Of a stretch of 35,969 nt of DNA, positions 1 to 9,512 are shown in pieces. Within the stretch, counting starts at the first letter, position 1. Each line of letters starts with the position of its first letter. Source of the stretch: an uncultured Candidatus Izemoplasmatales bacterium (lineage in GTDB: Bacteria; Bacillota_I; Bacilli_A; Izemoplasmatales; Izemoplasmataceae). The notes below the pieces were generated by a model, which saw only the letters and a program-made list of their open reading frames with translations, made no database searches and had not been told where the DNA came from. The DNA lies in contig CAYYOU010000002.1 of the NCBI GenBank assembly GCA_964473425.1, positions 1-35,969 on the forward strand, written 5' to 3'. The position numbers and the translations under genes were made by a program.

Positions 1-1043
1 CCTACTGCTTTTAATGTAAGAGGCATTTTTAATGAACGATAAAAATCAAATACTTTTGATATTCCTTGGACAGCCACATATGCTTTATCGTCTTCTGGTT
101 CAATTCCCCAAACATTAACTGCAAATTCATAGAACTTTTCTAAGTTATCTTCACTCAATATATGTTTCATCCAGTAAGGAGCGAGTATTGAAAGTCCATC
201 CGCATGTGCAATATCATAATATGCACTTAATACATGCTCAGTAGTGTGATTAAATCCTTCAAAATCTTTTGAGAATCCAGTTAAACCATTTAATGCTAAC
301 GTACTTGAAAACATCAAGTTTGCTCTTGCTTCATAGTTTTCAGGTTCTTTTAAAGCAATCGGTCCATAATGAATCACAGTTTTCATAATTGATTCACAAA
401 TACGATCATTTAAATATGATTTTTCATTACTGAAATAAAATTCATAAACATGGGTTAGAGAATCAACAATACCACATGCAGTTTGATGATTAGACACTGT
501 ATATGTAAGTGTAGGATCTAAAATTGAAAACTTTGGATTAGTGAACTCTGATCCCCAACCGTTTTTCTCTTTTGTTTCTTGATTAGTTACAACAGTTCCA
601 GCATTCATCTCAGAACCAGTTGCGGCTAACGTCAATATTGTAGCGATAGGTAATGCCCCTTTAGATTCAACTTTGTAAGAATAGAAATCCCATGGATCCC
701 CATCATACATTGCAGCCGTTGCGATACCTTTAGAAGCGTCAATTACACTCCCACCACCAACTCCAAGGACTAAATCAATATTATGTTTTTTACAAAGGTC
801 TCCACCTTCTCTTATAGACTCTATACGAGGATTAGGATCAATACCTCCTAGTTCAAATACATTCATTTTTTCAGCTTTTAACAGCTTAATAACTTTATCG
901 TACAACCCAGTTCTTTTAATACTGCTTTTTCCATAGACTAGTAAAACGTTATCTCCAAATTCTTTGGAAAGTTTACCAACTTTATCAACTTCATTTTTCC
1001 CAAAATATATCTTAGTTGAATTGTAAAAATAAAAATTCTTCAT
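1..1043 (-). CDS. Iron-containing (group III) alcohol dehydrogenase, butanol dehydrogenase/YqhD-like; 5' part only, C-terminus lies beyond the window edge
   Basis: Not in the ORF track because it runs off the window. My reverse-strand translation from ATG at 1043 reads MKNFYFYNSTKIYFGKNEVDKVGKLSKEFGDNVLLVYGKSSIKRTGLYDKVIKLL..., with the GVGGGSVIDASKGIA nucleotide-binding motif typical of Fe-ADHs. The SD AAGAGGTG precedes the ATG. Confidence 0.85.
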   Translation of the reverse strand, partial: MKNFYFYNSTKIYFGKNEVDKVGKLSKEFGDNVLLVYGKSSIKRTGLYDKVIKLLKAEKMNVFELGGIDPNPRIESIREGGDLCKKHNIDLVLGVGGGSVIDASKGIATAAMYDGDPWDFYSYKVESKGALPIATILTLAATGSEMNAGTVVTNQETKEKNGWGSEFTNPKFSILDPTLTYTVSNHQTACGIVDSLTHVYEFYFSNEKSYLNDRICESIMKTVIHYGPIALKEPENYEARANLMFSSTLALNGLTGFSKDFEGFNHTTEHVLSAYYDIAHADGLSILAPYWMKHILSEDNLEKFYEFAVNVWGIEPEDDKAYVAVQGISKVFDFYRSLKMPLTLKAV

Positions 1044-1147
1044 CAAAATCACCTCTTAAAATAAGTATAACACTATAGTATCAATTTCATACCCCCAATT
1101 ACATCTTTTTTATTAAATGGAATGACAAAAATAATATTAACTGTGTA

Positions 1148-1176
1148 TTGCACAATAAACTAATTTAGTTTATACT
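1148..1176 (+). promoter_or_regulatory. Candidate sigma-A promoter for tldD-pmbA
   Basis: TTGCAC (1148-1153), a 17-nt spacer, then TATACT (1171-1176). It lies about 20 nt upstream of the tldD ATG, with GAGGTG as the SD. Sequence pattern only. Confidence 0.35.
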
Positions 1177-1197
1177 ATTAATAAGCGAGGTGTAAAA

Positions 1198-2628
1198 ATG
1201 AAAGCAAAATTAAGTAGTTATTTAGTGAAACAGAAAAAAGTAATTAAACAGCTTGTAGCTGATTTAAGTAATGAGTTTAAATATGCAAGTGTTCTAGGGG
1301 CTGACACAATAGGAAATACTTATAGTGTATCAAGAACTTCAAGTAATGTTGGCGATTCAAATTGGAGTGAAAGAGGTTTTGTTGTCAGAGTATATAACGG
1401 GGTTAATTATAGTGAATATTCTTTTAATACTTTAGATGATTTGGAAACTATTAAAAAAAGAGTAAGAGAAATTGCAGTGAATGATTATTCCGTTTTAAAA
1501 GGGGACGGTATAAAATTTAGTGAATATCCTCTAATTAGTGAAAAATCAATAACGGATAGTTTTTATTCTGAATTTGAAATAGATCCATTTATCGTTTCGA
1601 GTGAAGAAAAACTTGGAAGAATGACAGAATTAATGAATGAAGGAATCAAGAAAAATGAATTTTTTGTAGATTTCAGAGTTAGTTTTGAAGAAGTGAAGAT
1701 ATCAAAAATCTTTATTTCTGATAAAAAAGATTTAGAGCAAAGTATTTTATATACCAATATGTCTCTTGTGGCAATTGCTAGAAAAGACGGAAATGTTAAA
1801 TATGACTATGAAGGAATTAGTGGGCTTATAGGTTATGAGATTTTCGATCAAACAAAAGGTAAGATTGATGTTGTAGCTAACAGTGTTATTAGCCTATTTG
1901 ATGCAAAAAGAGTTAAACCAGGTGAATACGATATTATTTGTGATCCAGCAGTAAGTGGTTTAATTGCACACGAAGCTTTTGGTCATGGTGTCGAAATGGA
2001 TATGTTTGTTAAAAACCGTGCTAAAGGTGAAGAATTTATAGGTAAAGAAATTGCTAGTAAAAAAGTAAATATGCGTGATGGAGCTAAAAGTGCTGTTGAA
2101 GTAGGAACTTATCTATTTGATGATGAAGGTACATTAGGAACAGACACTCTAATTATTGATAACAGCATCTTAAAATCAGGAATTAGTGATTTGTTAAGTG
2201 CACTTAAACTAAAAACCATTCCAACAGGAAACGGTAGAAGAGAAAGCTTTGAAAGAAAAGCTTATGCACGTATGACTAATACTTTCTTTGAAGGTGGAAC
2301 TGATTCTCTAGATGATATGGTAAAATCAATCAAAAAAGGATATATATTAGAAGGCTATTTTAGCGGTATGGAAGACCCTAAGAATTGGGGAATTCAATGT
2401 ATGATAGCTAAAGGTAGAGAAATAATTGATGGAAAGTTTTCTGGAAAAGTAGTTAGTCCAGTATTACTAACTGGATATGTTCCAGATTTGCTTAAATCTA
2501 TCTCCATGGTTTCTTCAAATGAGGATATGATTCTTAGCGGTGGTGGAGCTTGTGGAAAAGGGTACAAAGAATGGGTAAAAACTTCTACTGGTGGAACCTA
2601 TATCAAGGCCGTTGGGAGGTTAGGATAA
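1198..2628 (+). CDS. tldD: TldD-family metalloprotease
   Basis: 476 aa. Contains the HEAFGHGVE (HExxxH) zinc motif and the GGG.CGKG C-terminal region typical of TldD. It is paired with a PmbA-like gene. Confidence 0.9.
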   Translation: MKAKLSSYLVKQKKVIKQLVADLSNEFKYASVLGADTIGNTYSVSRTSSNVGDSNWSERGFVVRVYNGVNYSEYSFNTLDDLETIKKRVREIAVNDYSVLKGDGIKFSEYPLISEKSITDSFYSEFEIDPFIVSSEEKLGRMTELMNEGIKKNEFFVDFRVSFEEVKISKIFISDKKDLEQSILYTNMSLVAIARKDGNVKYDYEGISGLIGYEIFDQTKGKIDVVANSVISLFDAKRVKPGEYDIICDPAVSGLIAHEAFGHGVEMDMFVKNRAKGEEFIGKEIASKKVNMRDGAKSAVEVGTYLFDDEGTLGTDTLIIDNSILKSGISDLLSALKLKTIPTGNGRRESFERKAYARMTNTFFEGGTDSLDDMVKSIKKGYILEGYFSGMEDPKNWGIQCMIAKGREIIDGKFSGKVVSPVLLTGYVPDLLKSISMVSSNEDMILSGGGACGKGYKEWVKTSTGGTYIKAVGRLG

Positions 2629-3932
2629 TGATAAAGAATATTATTGATTTGCTTGAAAGCAAAAATAATGTAGATGAATATAAAATCACTGAGACAAAGA
2701 CTACATCTACAGAGTTATTTTTCATTAAAGATAAATTGGATATGACAAGAGGTAAAGATGTTTTACATATTAACCTAACAGTTTATCGTAACTTTGAAAA
2801 AAATGGAAAGAAATATAAAGGATCAAGCAATACATTAGTTTCTCCAACTATGACATTAGATGAAATTAGTAAAAAAGTAGATAACGCATCACTTGCTGCA
2901 TCATTTGTTTACAATGAATATTATGATCTTGTGGTACCAACTGATGATGTACCTGAAAAACTAGAAAGCAAGTTTGGAGAAGGCAATGTAATAAAACATA
3001 TTTCAAACTTGGTTAAAGACTTATACAGTGAAGATAATATTGTTGAAGGTGCATTCATTAATTCTTGTGAATTCTTCATCAATGAGAAACATATTAGAAT
3101 AGCAAACTCAAAAGGTTTAGATGTTGATTATGATGCATATAGTGGACAAATTGAACTAGTAACAGAATCTAAATCAGGATCTGAAGAGGTTGAATTATTT
3201 GAAGTTCTAGACTTTTCAGACTATGATGCTCTGTGGATAAAGGAAGCTGTCAAAGAAACATTACTAAAAACAAAACTAAGAGCTCAAGCTGTACCTCTAA
3301 AAGTAGTTAAAGATATCCCAGTAATACTGACTGGGGAAGCAGTAAAATCTTTCTTTGATTACTACGTAGTAAAGGCATCATCACAATTAGTTTACCAAGG
3401 AATTTCTAATGTAAAAATCGGAGATATTATTCAATCTGGAGATATCACCGGAGACAAAGTAAGCGCAAGTTTAACCCCAAATATTAAGAATTCTACTCAT
3501 TCCAAGTTCTATGATTCAGATGGGTTATTCTTAAAAGAAATCACATTGGTTGAAGATGGAAAACTACTTAGATTTTTAGCTCCTAAGAGATTCGCAGATT
3601 ATCTTAAAATCGAACCAACAGGTGGAATAACTAACATCGTCATTAAGGGTGGTAGTAAATCAATTGAAGAATTAACTAAGAGTCCACATTTAAAATTACT
3701 AAATTTCTCAGATTTCCAAATGGATGCTCTAACCGGAAACTTTGGTGGAGAAATTAGACTTGGATTATATTTTGACGGAAAAACGTCTACACCAGTTACT
3801 TTAGGTAGTTTAACTGGAAATGCAACGAAAGTTGAACAAAAGATGTATTTCTCCAAAGAACTACAAAAACTCAATGGGTTTATTGGTCCAAAAATAATAA
3901 AAATAAAAAATATTACAATAGCTGGAAATTAA
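2628..3932 (+). CDS. pmbA: PmbA/TldE-family protein (TldD partner)
   Basis: The track ORF starts at 2550, inside tldD. I prefer the ATG at 2628 (MIKNIIDLLESK...). It overlaps the tldD stop as TAATG and has a GGGAGG SD 8 nt upstream. Size and position fit a TldD/TldE pair. Confidence 0.8.
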   Translation: MIKNIIDLLESKNNVDEYKITETKTTSTELFFIKDKLDMTRGKDVLHINLTVYRNFEKNGKKYKGSSNTLVSPTMTLDEISKKVDNASLAASFVYNEYYDLVVPTDDVPEKLESKFGEGNVIKHISNLVKDLYSEDNIVEGAFINSCEFFINEKHIRIANSKGLDVDYDAYSGQIELVTESKSGSEEVELFEVLDFSDYDALWIKEAVKETLLKTKLRAQAVPLKVVKDIPVILTGEAVKSFFDYYVVKASSQLVYQGISNVKIGDIIQSGDITGDKVSASLTPNIKNSTHSKFYDSDGLFLKEITLVEDGKLLRFLAPKRFADYLKIEPTGGITNIVIKGGSKSIEELTKSPHLKLLNFSDFQMDALTGNFGGEIRLGLYFDGKTSTPVTLGSLTGNATKVEQKMYFSKELQKLNGFIGPKIIKIKNITIAGN

Positions 3933-3935
3933 AAT

Positions 3936-3969
3936 AAAAGATATTCTCAATTAAATGAGAATATCTTTT
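3936..3969. terminator. Bidirectional rho-independent terminator between convergent pmbA and the GNAT gene
   Basis: Perfect 14-bp stem AAAAGATATTCTCA / TGAGAATATCTTTT with a 6-nt loop, flanked by A-rich sequence and a T-run (TTTTATTTTTTT). The right arm covers the GNAT stop codon. Confidence 0.75.
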
Positions 3970-4378
3970 ATTTTTTTAACTTAAAGCCTACCAAATTAGC
4001 ACCTATAAAATCAACAAAACCATTTTTTTCATAGAATTTCTTTTGCATAATTGAATTATCAGTTGTAAGAATCAGTTGTCTTACACCTTTATACTTACTT
4101 ATGATATCAGACAATAGTTTTGTTCCAATTCCCTTGTTTTGATATTTCTTAAGAATCAGGATATCTTGAATATATATTATTGTATTACCATCCCCGACTA
4201 CTCTAACTAGTCCTACTAATTCTTTCCTATCATATGCTCCATAGCAATAAAGAGAGTTTAAAATCCCATCAAATAATTTCTCTGGACTATCAGTGTAGAG
4301 TGTCCATTCGTTATTGATATACAAGTTTAGGATTGCTGATTTATTAAAGTGCAATTCTTTATATATAATATCAGTCAT
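3968..4378 (-). CDS. GNAT-family N-acetyltransferase
   Basis: 136 aa. Has the acetyl-CoA motif A QNKGIGTKLL (Q/RxxGxG/A). Its start overlaps the truA stop by 8 nt (ATGACTGA). Confidence 0.85.
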   Translation of the reverse strand: MTDIIYKELHFNKSAILNLYINNEWTLYTDSPEKLFDGILNSLYCYGAYDRKELVGLVRVVGDGNTIIYIQDILILKKYQNKGIGTKLLSDIISKYKGVRQLILTTDNSIMQKKFYEKNGFVDFIGANLVGFKLKK

Positions 4379-5435
4379 AATGAATCACTTCCTTCAAATA
4401 CAGTCCACCACCCGGAGACTTCCATTCTACTAATGTTGGGTTTTTCAGATTGATAAAATCAATAATTGAAAGTTCTGTCTTTCCTCTAGCAATTTCTATT
4501 AGAGTTCCAATTAAATATCTTACCATGTATCTTAAAAAGCCTTTTCCAATTATAGAAACATATAAGTGGGAATCAGTTTTTTCTATTTTTACTTCAATAA
4601 TTTTTCTTATTTTTTCTCTATCTTCAGCTGTTTTAGTGAAACTCGAAAAATCATGAATTCCAACAATTTTATTCAACTCACTTGTAAATATATCAATATC
4701 AAAATCATTTACAAACCATTCATAGTTTCTTTTTATCGGGTCATATTCTTTATAGTTAATTACATACATGTATTCTTTTGAGGCTACATCAAATCTACTG
4801 TGAAAGGTATTAGGAACTTTTGAACTTGATTTAATATAAATTGTATCAGGCAAATAACTTCTCAATACTCTCCAAAAATCATTTGGATCAATTTTACTCA
4901 AAGTATCAAAATGAAATACCTGATTCAAAGCGTGAACACCTTTGTCTGTTCTTCCAGATGAATGAATTGTAATATCTTCTTTTGTAAGGTACTTAAGTCC
5001 CTTTTCAATGTCACCTTGAACCGTTCTTTCTTTCAGTTGCCTTTGAAATCCACTAAAAACTGACCCATCATAAGAAACTATGCATTTTACTCTAGTATAT
5101 TTAGGATTATAGAGTAATTCATAAACCCTAACAATCTTATTATTTTCAAATATTATTTTTGCAGATACATTTACTTCTAATGGTGTATCTTTATAAATGT
5201 ATTCAAATACAATATCACAATAGCATACATTGTCATTTTCTTTAAAATTAGAAATTAAAAATGATGTAATTTTATATTTTTTAAACTCTGTTTTTATATC
5301 TTCTATTGAAAACAGTAAATCCTTAAAATAATTTCTAATTCCAAACTTGGGAGTATATAAAATTTGTGCCAACGATTCAATATCTTCTTTTACCCAGGAC
5401 TGATAATAACTCTTTACTATATCTAACTTATTCAT
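4371..5435 (-). CDS. truA: tRNA pseudouridine(38-40) synthase TruA with an N-terminal extension of about 110 aa
   Basis: The C-terminal ~240 aa begin RVKCIVSYDGSVFSGFQRQ and include the SSGRTDKGVHA catalytic Asp motif. Residues 1-112 have no TruA counterpart. The position after ecfT matches the usual Firmicutes synteny. Confidence 0.85.
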   Translation of the reverse strand: MNKLDIVKSYYQSWVKEDIESLAQILYTPKFGIRNYFKDLLFSIEDIKTEFKKYKITSFLISNFKENDNVCYCDIVFEYIYKDTPLEVNVSAKIIFENNKIVRVYELLYNPKYTRVKCIVSYDGSVFSGFQRQLKERTVQGDIEKGLKYLTKEDITIHSSGRTDKGVHALNQVFHFDTLSKIDPNDFWRVLRSYLPDTIYIKSSSKVPNTFHSRFDVASKEYMYVINYKEYDPIKRNYEWFVNDFDIDIFTSELNKIVGIHDFSSFTKTAEDREKIRKIIEVKIEKTDSHLYVSIIGKGFLRYMVRYLIGTLIEIARGKTELSIIDFINLKNPTLVEWKSPGGGLYLKEVIHYD

Positions 5436-6401
5436 TTACATAAAAACCCTAACTAGAATAGTAGTTATTAAAACAACACTACAAAATATCATTACCAAAG
5501 TATCTCTACCCTGCCATGACAGCATGTGTATTCTTGTTCTTGGATTTCCTGGGATAAAACTCCTTGCCTCCATTGCGTTAGCAAGGTCATCACTTCTTTT
5601 AAAACTAATTATGAACATCGGAACAAGTAAACTAATTATTTGCATTACCTTATCTTTCATCTTTCCTTCAGAGAAATCAACACCACGGCTTGCTTGTGCT
5701 AACATAATTTTGTTAGCTTCATCAAGTAGTGTTGGTATATATCTTAAAGCAATTGAAATAATCAATGCAATTTCTTCTGAGTTTATTCTAATTAGCTTTA
5801 ATGGTTTTAATATTTTTTCTAACCCTAAATTCAAATCAGTAGGTTTAGTAGTAAGTGTTAATATAGTAGACAATGTCACTATTATTATAAGTCTTATCAT
5901 GATGAATGATGCTCCAAGTAATCCATCCTTATAAATTATGAAATCACTAGAACTAATGATTGAACCTGGGTTATATAGTGAAAGCATTGTGAGTATACCA
6001 AATATTACAAAAATCAAATAGAAAAATCTATATTTTATATACTTTCTTGTGAAATACCAAACGAAAATTATCAGTATCATTAATCCAAGATTTAAATATG
6101 TAAGTGTAAGAACAGTATCAAAAACTGGATCTCCTGTTTTAATAAATATCACTTGGAATGAAAATGTAAACAATAATAAAATCATTATAGGGCGAAGACC
6201 TTTTGCAATTCTCATTACAGGAATACCGCCTACTTTTAATATGATAAGAACACCTATTAACATGAATATTATGTGAGATATATCTTTGAAAATGAACGCA
6301 CTTATCATTAATATCATCAATGCAATTAATTTACTTCTTGGGTCCATTTTGTATAAAAAGCTAGTTCCAGGGATATATTGACCAACTATAATATTTTTCA
6401 T
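5436..6401 (-). CDS. ecfT: ECF transporter transmembrane (T) component
   Basis: 321 aa polytopic membrane protein. N-terminus IVGQYIPGTSFLYKMDPRSK and the ARG.. motifs (MLAQASRGVDF, AMEARSF) are typical of EcfT/CbiQ. A 4-nt ATGA overlap couples it to ecfA2. Confidence 0.85.
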   Translation of the reverse strand: MKNIIVGQYIPGTSFLYKMDPRSKLIALMILMISAFIFKDISHIIFMLIGVLIILKVGGIPVMRIAKGLRPIMILLLFTFSFQVIFIKTGDPVFDTVLTLTYLNLGLMILIIFVWYFTRKYIKYRFFYLIFVIFGILTMLSLYNPGSIISSSDFIIYKDGLLGASFIMIRLIIIVTLSTILTLTTKPTDLNLGLEKILKPLKLIRINSEEIALIISIALRYIPTLLDEANKIMLAQASRGVDFSEGKMKDKVMQIISLLVPMFIISFKRSDDLANAMEARSFIPGNPRTRIHMLSWQGRDTLVMIFCSVVLITTILVRVFM

Positions 6402-7261
6402 AGAAATTCCCCCTTTACGAGGTCAAATAACTCATTAACATTACGAGGTTTAGACTTGAATCTAATATTTAATTTAGATTCTAATTGATTTGTAATTTCA
6501 ATGATATCTGGAAGATCAAGATTCCACTCTGCGATGTTTTTTTCTTCAAACAACTCATTTGGTTTTCCATCATATACTAATTTTCCATCATGCATAACCA
6601 GAACTCTACTTGCATACTTATAAACAGTATTCATATCATGTGTAATGATGATTACTGTTTTATTAAGATTCTCATGAATCGAAGTAAATAGTTCTAACAA
6701 TGCGTCTTTTCCTTTAGGGTCTAATCCACTTGTTGGTTCATCGAGGACTAGTATATCAGGATCCATTGCTAGAATTCCCGCAATGGATACTCTTTTTTTC
6801 TCCCCACCTGATAAATTAAAAGGGCTTCTTTCTAAGTAGCTTTCATTTAACCCAACATGTTTGATTATTTCCTTAGCTCTTTCAATAGCAATTTTTTCAG
6901 GAACTCCAAAATTCTTAGGTCCAAATATTATGTCTTTTAAGACTGTTTCTTCAAATAATTGATATTCTGGAAATTGAAAAACAAGTCCTACTTTTTGACG
7001 AAGAGGATTAAGTTTAATCTTTTTGTTTTTATTTGTGTTTTTCTCGATTTTTATTCCATAAATTGTCACTGATCCAGATACCGGTCTAATTAAAGCATTC
7101 ATGTGTTGAACTAATGTTGATTTTCCACTTCCAGTTTCACCAATAAGAGTGATAAATTCATCCTTTTGTTCTATTTCTAAGTTTATATTTTCTAATGCGG
7201 AGAAGTTTGTACCATCAAATGATGGGTAAGAGAAATTTACTTGTTCAAACTTAATTGCCAT
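6398..7261 (-). CDS. ecfA2: ECF transporter ATPase component A2
   Basis: Walker A GETGSGKST, ABC signature LSGGEKKRV, Walker B ILVLDEPT. It is the second ABC ATPase after rplQ. Confidence 0.92.
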   Translation of the reverse strand: MAIKFEQVNFSYPSFDGTNFSALENINLEIEQKDEFITLIGETGSGKSTLVQHMNALIRPVSGSVTIYGIKIEKNTNKNKKIKLNPLRQKVGLVFQFPEYQLFEETVLKDIIFGPKNFGVPEKIAIERAKEIIKHVGLNESYLERSPFNLSGGEKKRVSIAGILAMDPDILVLDEPTSGLDPKGKDALLELFTSIHENLNKTVIIITHDMNTVYKYASRVLVMHDGKLVYDGKPNELFEEKNIAEWNLDLPDIIEITNQLESKLNIRFKSKPRNVNELFDLVKGEFL

Positions 7262-8043
7262 AGTATCTCTTTCACTTTCTCATTATTGATATTTGCCTCA
7301 TCTAACATATATAAAAGTTTTAAAGGAAGCAAGAGTTCCAAATTAGATGAATTTAGTGTTTCTTTATCATTTAGGATAGTATTAGTTTCTCCGATAGCTA
7401 ATACTTCTCCTTCTTTTAGTATAATTATTTTATCTGAATTAACAGCTTCTTTCATCTCATGGGTAATTGAAATGATTGTTTTTCCTTCTTTATTCAGTTC
7501 CATTATATATTCCATAATAGATTCTCGACCCTTTGGATCAAGCATTGATGTCGCTTCATCAAAAATTATTATGTCAGTATTCATTGCAAGTATTCCAGCA
7601 ATTGCTACTCTTTGCTTTTGCCCCCCACTAAGTGCATGTGGTTCTTTTTTGAGATATTCAAACATATTTACTTTTTTTGAGTATTCTTCTATTTTTTGAA
7701 TCATTACTTCTCTTTCAAATCCGAGATTTTCCATACCAAAAGCGATATCGTCTTCCACTGTAACCCCAACAAATTGATTATCAGGATTTTGAAAAACTAT
7801 ACCGATTTTTTTTCTAATATCATGAACTGTGTCTTCAGTCAATAATACGTCTTCAACAAATATGCTACCTTCATCTGCCTTTAATAATCCAATTATTAAC
7901 TTAGCAAGTGTAGACTTACCACTTCCGTTATGTCCGAGAACAGATACCCATTCACCTTTTTTAATTGTAAGGTTAACATTGCGCAAGGCAGGGATGTCTT
8001 CTGAGTAGGAATATGATAAATTCTTGATTTCTATAATGTTCAT
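7237..8043 (-). CDS. ecfA1: ECF transporter ATPase component A1
   Basis: Walker A GHNGSGKST, signature LSGGQKQRV, Walker B IIIFDEAT. Start moved from 8058 to the third ATG (8043, MNIIEIKNL), which has GGAG 9 nt upstream. Confidence 0.9.
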   Translation of the reverse strand: MNIIEIKNLSYSYSEDIPALRNVNLTIKKGEWVSVLGHNGSGKSTLAKLIIGLLKADEGSIFVEDVLLTEDTVHDIRKKIGIVFQNPDNQFVGVTVEDDIAFGMENLGFEREVMIQKIEEYSKKVNMFEYLKKEPHALSGGQKQRVAIAGILAMNTDIIIFDEATSMLDPKGRESIMEYIMELNKEGKTIISITHEMKEAVNSDKIIILKEGEVLAIGETNTILNDKETLNSSNLELLLPLKLLYMLDEANINNEKVKEILWQLSLNK

Positions 8044-8113
8044 AATCATCAACTCCATTTAACGTCTAATTATATCAAACTATACCTTAAAAAGCGATAG
8101 ATATCATATTTTT

Positions 8114-8121
8114 ATTATACA
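8114..8121 (-). promoter_or_regulatory. Possible extended -10 element (TGTATAAT) for the ecfA1-ecfA2-ecfT-truA-GNAT unit
   Basis: The reverse strand reads TGTATAAT immediately after the rplQ terminator T-tract. There is no convincing -35. Pattern only. Confidence 0.3.
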
Positions 8122-8146
8122 AAAAAACAAGCTCAATGAGCTTGTC
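8120..8146 (-). terminator. Rho-independent terminator downstream of rplQ
   Basis: 8-bp stem ACAAGCTC / GAGCTTGT with a 3-nt loop. On the minus strand it is followed by a run of seven T. It starts 9 nt after the rplQ stop. Confidence 0.75.
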
Positions 8147-8154
8147 TTTTACAA

Positions 8155-8517
8155 TTATTCTACGAATTCAATTATAGCCATAGGAGTTGCGTCTCCACGT
8201 CTTGGCCCAACTTTATAAATTCTTGTATATCCACCGTTTCTGTCTTTGAAACGAGGCGCAATATCTTCAAATAATTTTTGTACTGCATTTTTATCATTGC
8301 CTGCATCTAAGAATCTTACTGTTTGAGCAGCTCTTCTTATATGTGCAAGTGTACCTTTTTTACCTAATGTTACCATTTTGTCTGCAAGGCGTTGTAATTC
8401 TTTTGCTTTTGTTTCTGTAGTAGTGATTTTTTCATGAATAATCAAGTGAGTTACTAGGTCTCTTAACATTGCTTTTCTTTGATCACTTCTACGATTAAGT
8501 TTACTATATCCAGCCAT
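8155..8517 (-). CDS. rplQ: 50S ribosomal protein L17
   Basis: [22 protein letters not shown]... is a canonical L17 N-terminus. It is the last gene of the alpha operon. Confidence 0.96.
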   Translation of the reverse strand: MAGYSKLNRRSDQRKAMLRDLVTHLIIHEKITTTETKAKELQRLADKMVTLGKKGTLAHIRRAAQTVRFLDAGNDKNAVQKLFEDIAPRFKDRNGGYTRIYKVGPRRGDATPMAIIEFVE

Positions 8518-8532
8518 TAATTTTACCTCCTA

Positions 8533-9483
8533 TTAATGTCTAGCTAACCCAAGACTAAGTTCATCAAGTTTTTGTTTAACTTCTTTAAGAGATTTTTTAC
8601 CTAGGTTTCTAACTTTCATCATGTCTTCTTCTGATTTTTGTGTTAGTTCATCTACAGTATTGATCCCTGCGCGTTTCAAGCAGTTATAACTTCTTACTGA
8701 TAAATCTAAATCTTCAATTTGCATTTCTAGAATTTGAGAGTTTTGTTCACTCTCTCTCTCAACCATATAATCTTCTTCTTTTGCTTTTTCACTAAGTTCA
8801 ACGACTACTTCTAAATGCTCAATTAGCATTTTAGCGGCAATACCTATTGCTTCTTGTGAAGTTACAGCTCCGTTAGTCCATACTTCAAGGATTAGTTTGT
8901 CCTCTTGGAATACGCCAGAAGATGCATTGGTTACATCATATTGTACTCTTGAAACTGGTGTGTAAATACTATCAATTGGGATTACTCCAACCATGTTGTT
9001 GTATTCTTTATTTTTATTTTGACTTACGTACCCAATTCCTTTTCTAGCTACCATAATCATCCGGAATTTTCCTTTATTTAAGGTAGCAATATGTTGATCT
9101 TGGTTTATTATTTCTACTTCGTTGTCACAAATTATATCTTTTGCAGTTATAACTTTTGGACCTTCTACATAGATTTCTAAACGTTTTTCAATGTTTGGAT
9201 CTTCGTTATCAATTTTTAGAACAACTTCTTTTAAGTTTAGAACAATTGCAGTTACGTCTTCAACTACTCCTTCGATACTTGAGAACTCATGTTCTACATT
9301 ATCGATTTCACAGTTTATGATAGCTGCTCCAGGTAAAGATGATAACAAAATTCTACGAAGTGAGTTCCCGAGTGTTACACCATATCCACGTTCTAATGGA
9401 GAAATAGTAAACTTCCCGTAGTCACCACTATCACTTGCTACATCAATAGTAGTAATTGGTTTCTCAAATTTTAAATCTTTCAA
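8533..9483 (-). CDS. rpoA: DNA-directed RNA polymerase alpha subunit
   Basis: Contains [30 protein letters not shown] and a C-terminal alpha-CTD ([14 protein letters not shown]). Start trimmed from 9543 to TTG at 9483, which has GGGAGG 8 nt upstream. This removes the overlap with rpsK and gives 316 aa. Confidence 0.93.
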   Translation of the reverse strand: MKDLKFEKPITTIDVASDSGDYGKFTISPLERGYGVTLGNSLRRILLSSLPGAAIINCEIDNVEHEFSSIEGVVEDVTAIVLNLKEVVLKIDNEDPNIEKRLEIYVEGPKVITAKDIICDNEVEIINQDQHIATLNKGKFRMIMVARKGIGYVSQNKNKEYNNMVGVIPIDSIYTPVSRVQYDVTNASSGVFQEDKLILEVWTNGAVTSQEAIGIAAKMLIEHLEVVVELSEKAKEEDYMVERESEQNSQILEMQIEDLDLSVRSYNCLKRAGINTVDELTQKSEEDMMKVRNLGKKSLKEVKQKLDELSLGLARH

Positions 9484-9512
9484 GTGAATAACCTCCCTTG
9501 TTTTTGTTCCAA

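Noticed and set aside
1198-3932. TldD/PmbA pair as a marker of a RiPP/microcin maturation locus
   Set aside because: No precursor peptide, cyclodehydratase, immunity or export genes are nearby. TldD/E pairs are widespread housekeeping proteases.
1563-7699. Antisense ORFs within tldD, pmbA, truA, ecfT and ecfA (1563-1757, 3599-3874, 4450-4656, 4566-4781, 5524-5934, 6049-6276, 7241-7699)
   Set aside because: They are shadow ORFs opposite well-supported genes. The peptides are hydrophobic or low-complexity, as expected from reverse-reading AT-rich coding DNA.
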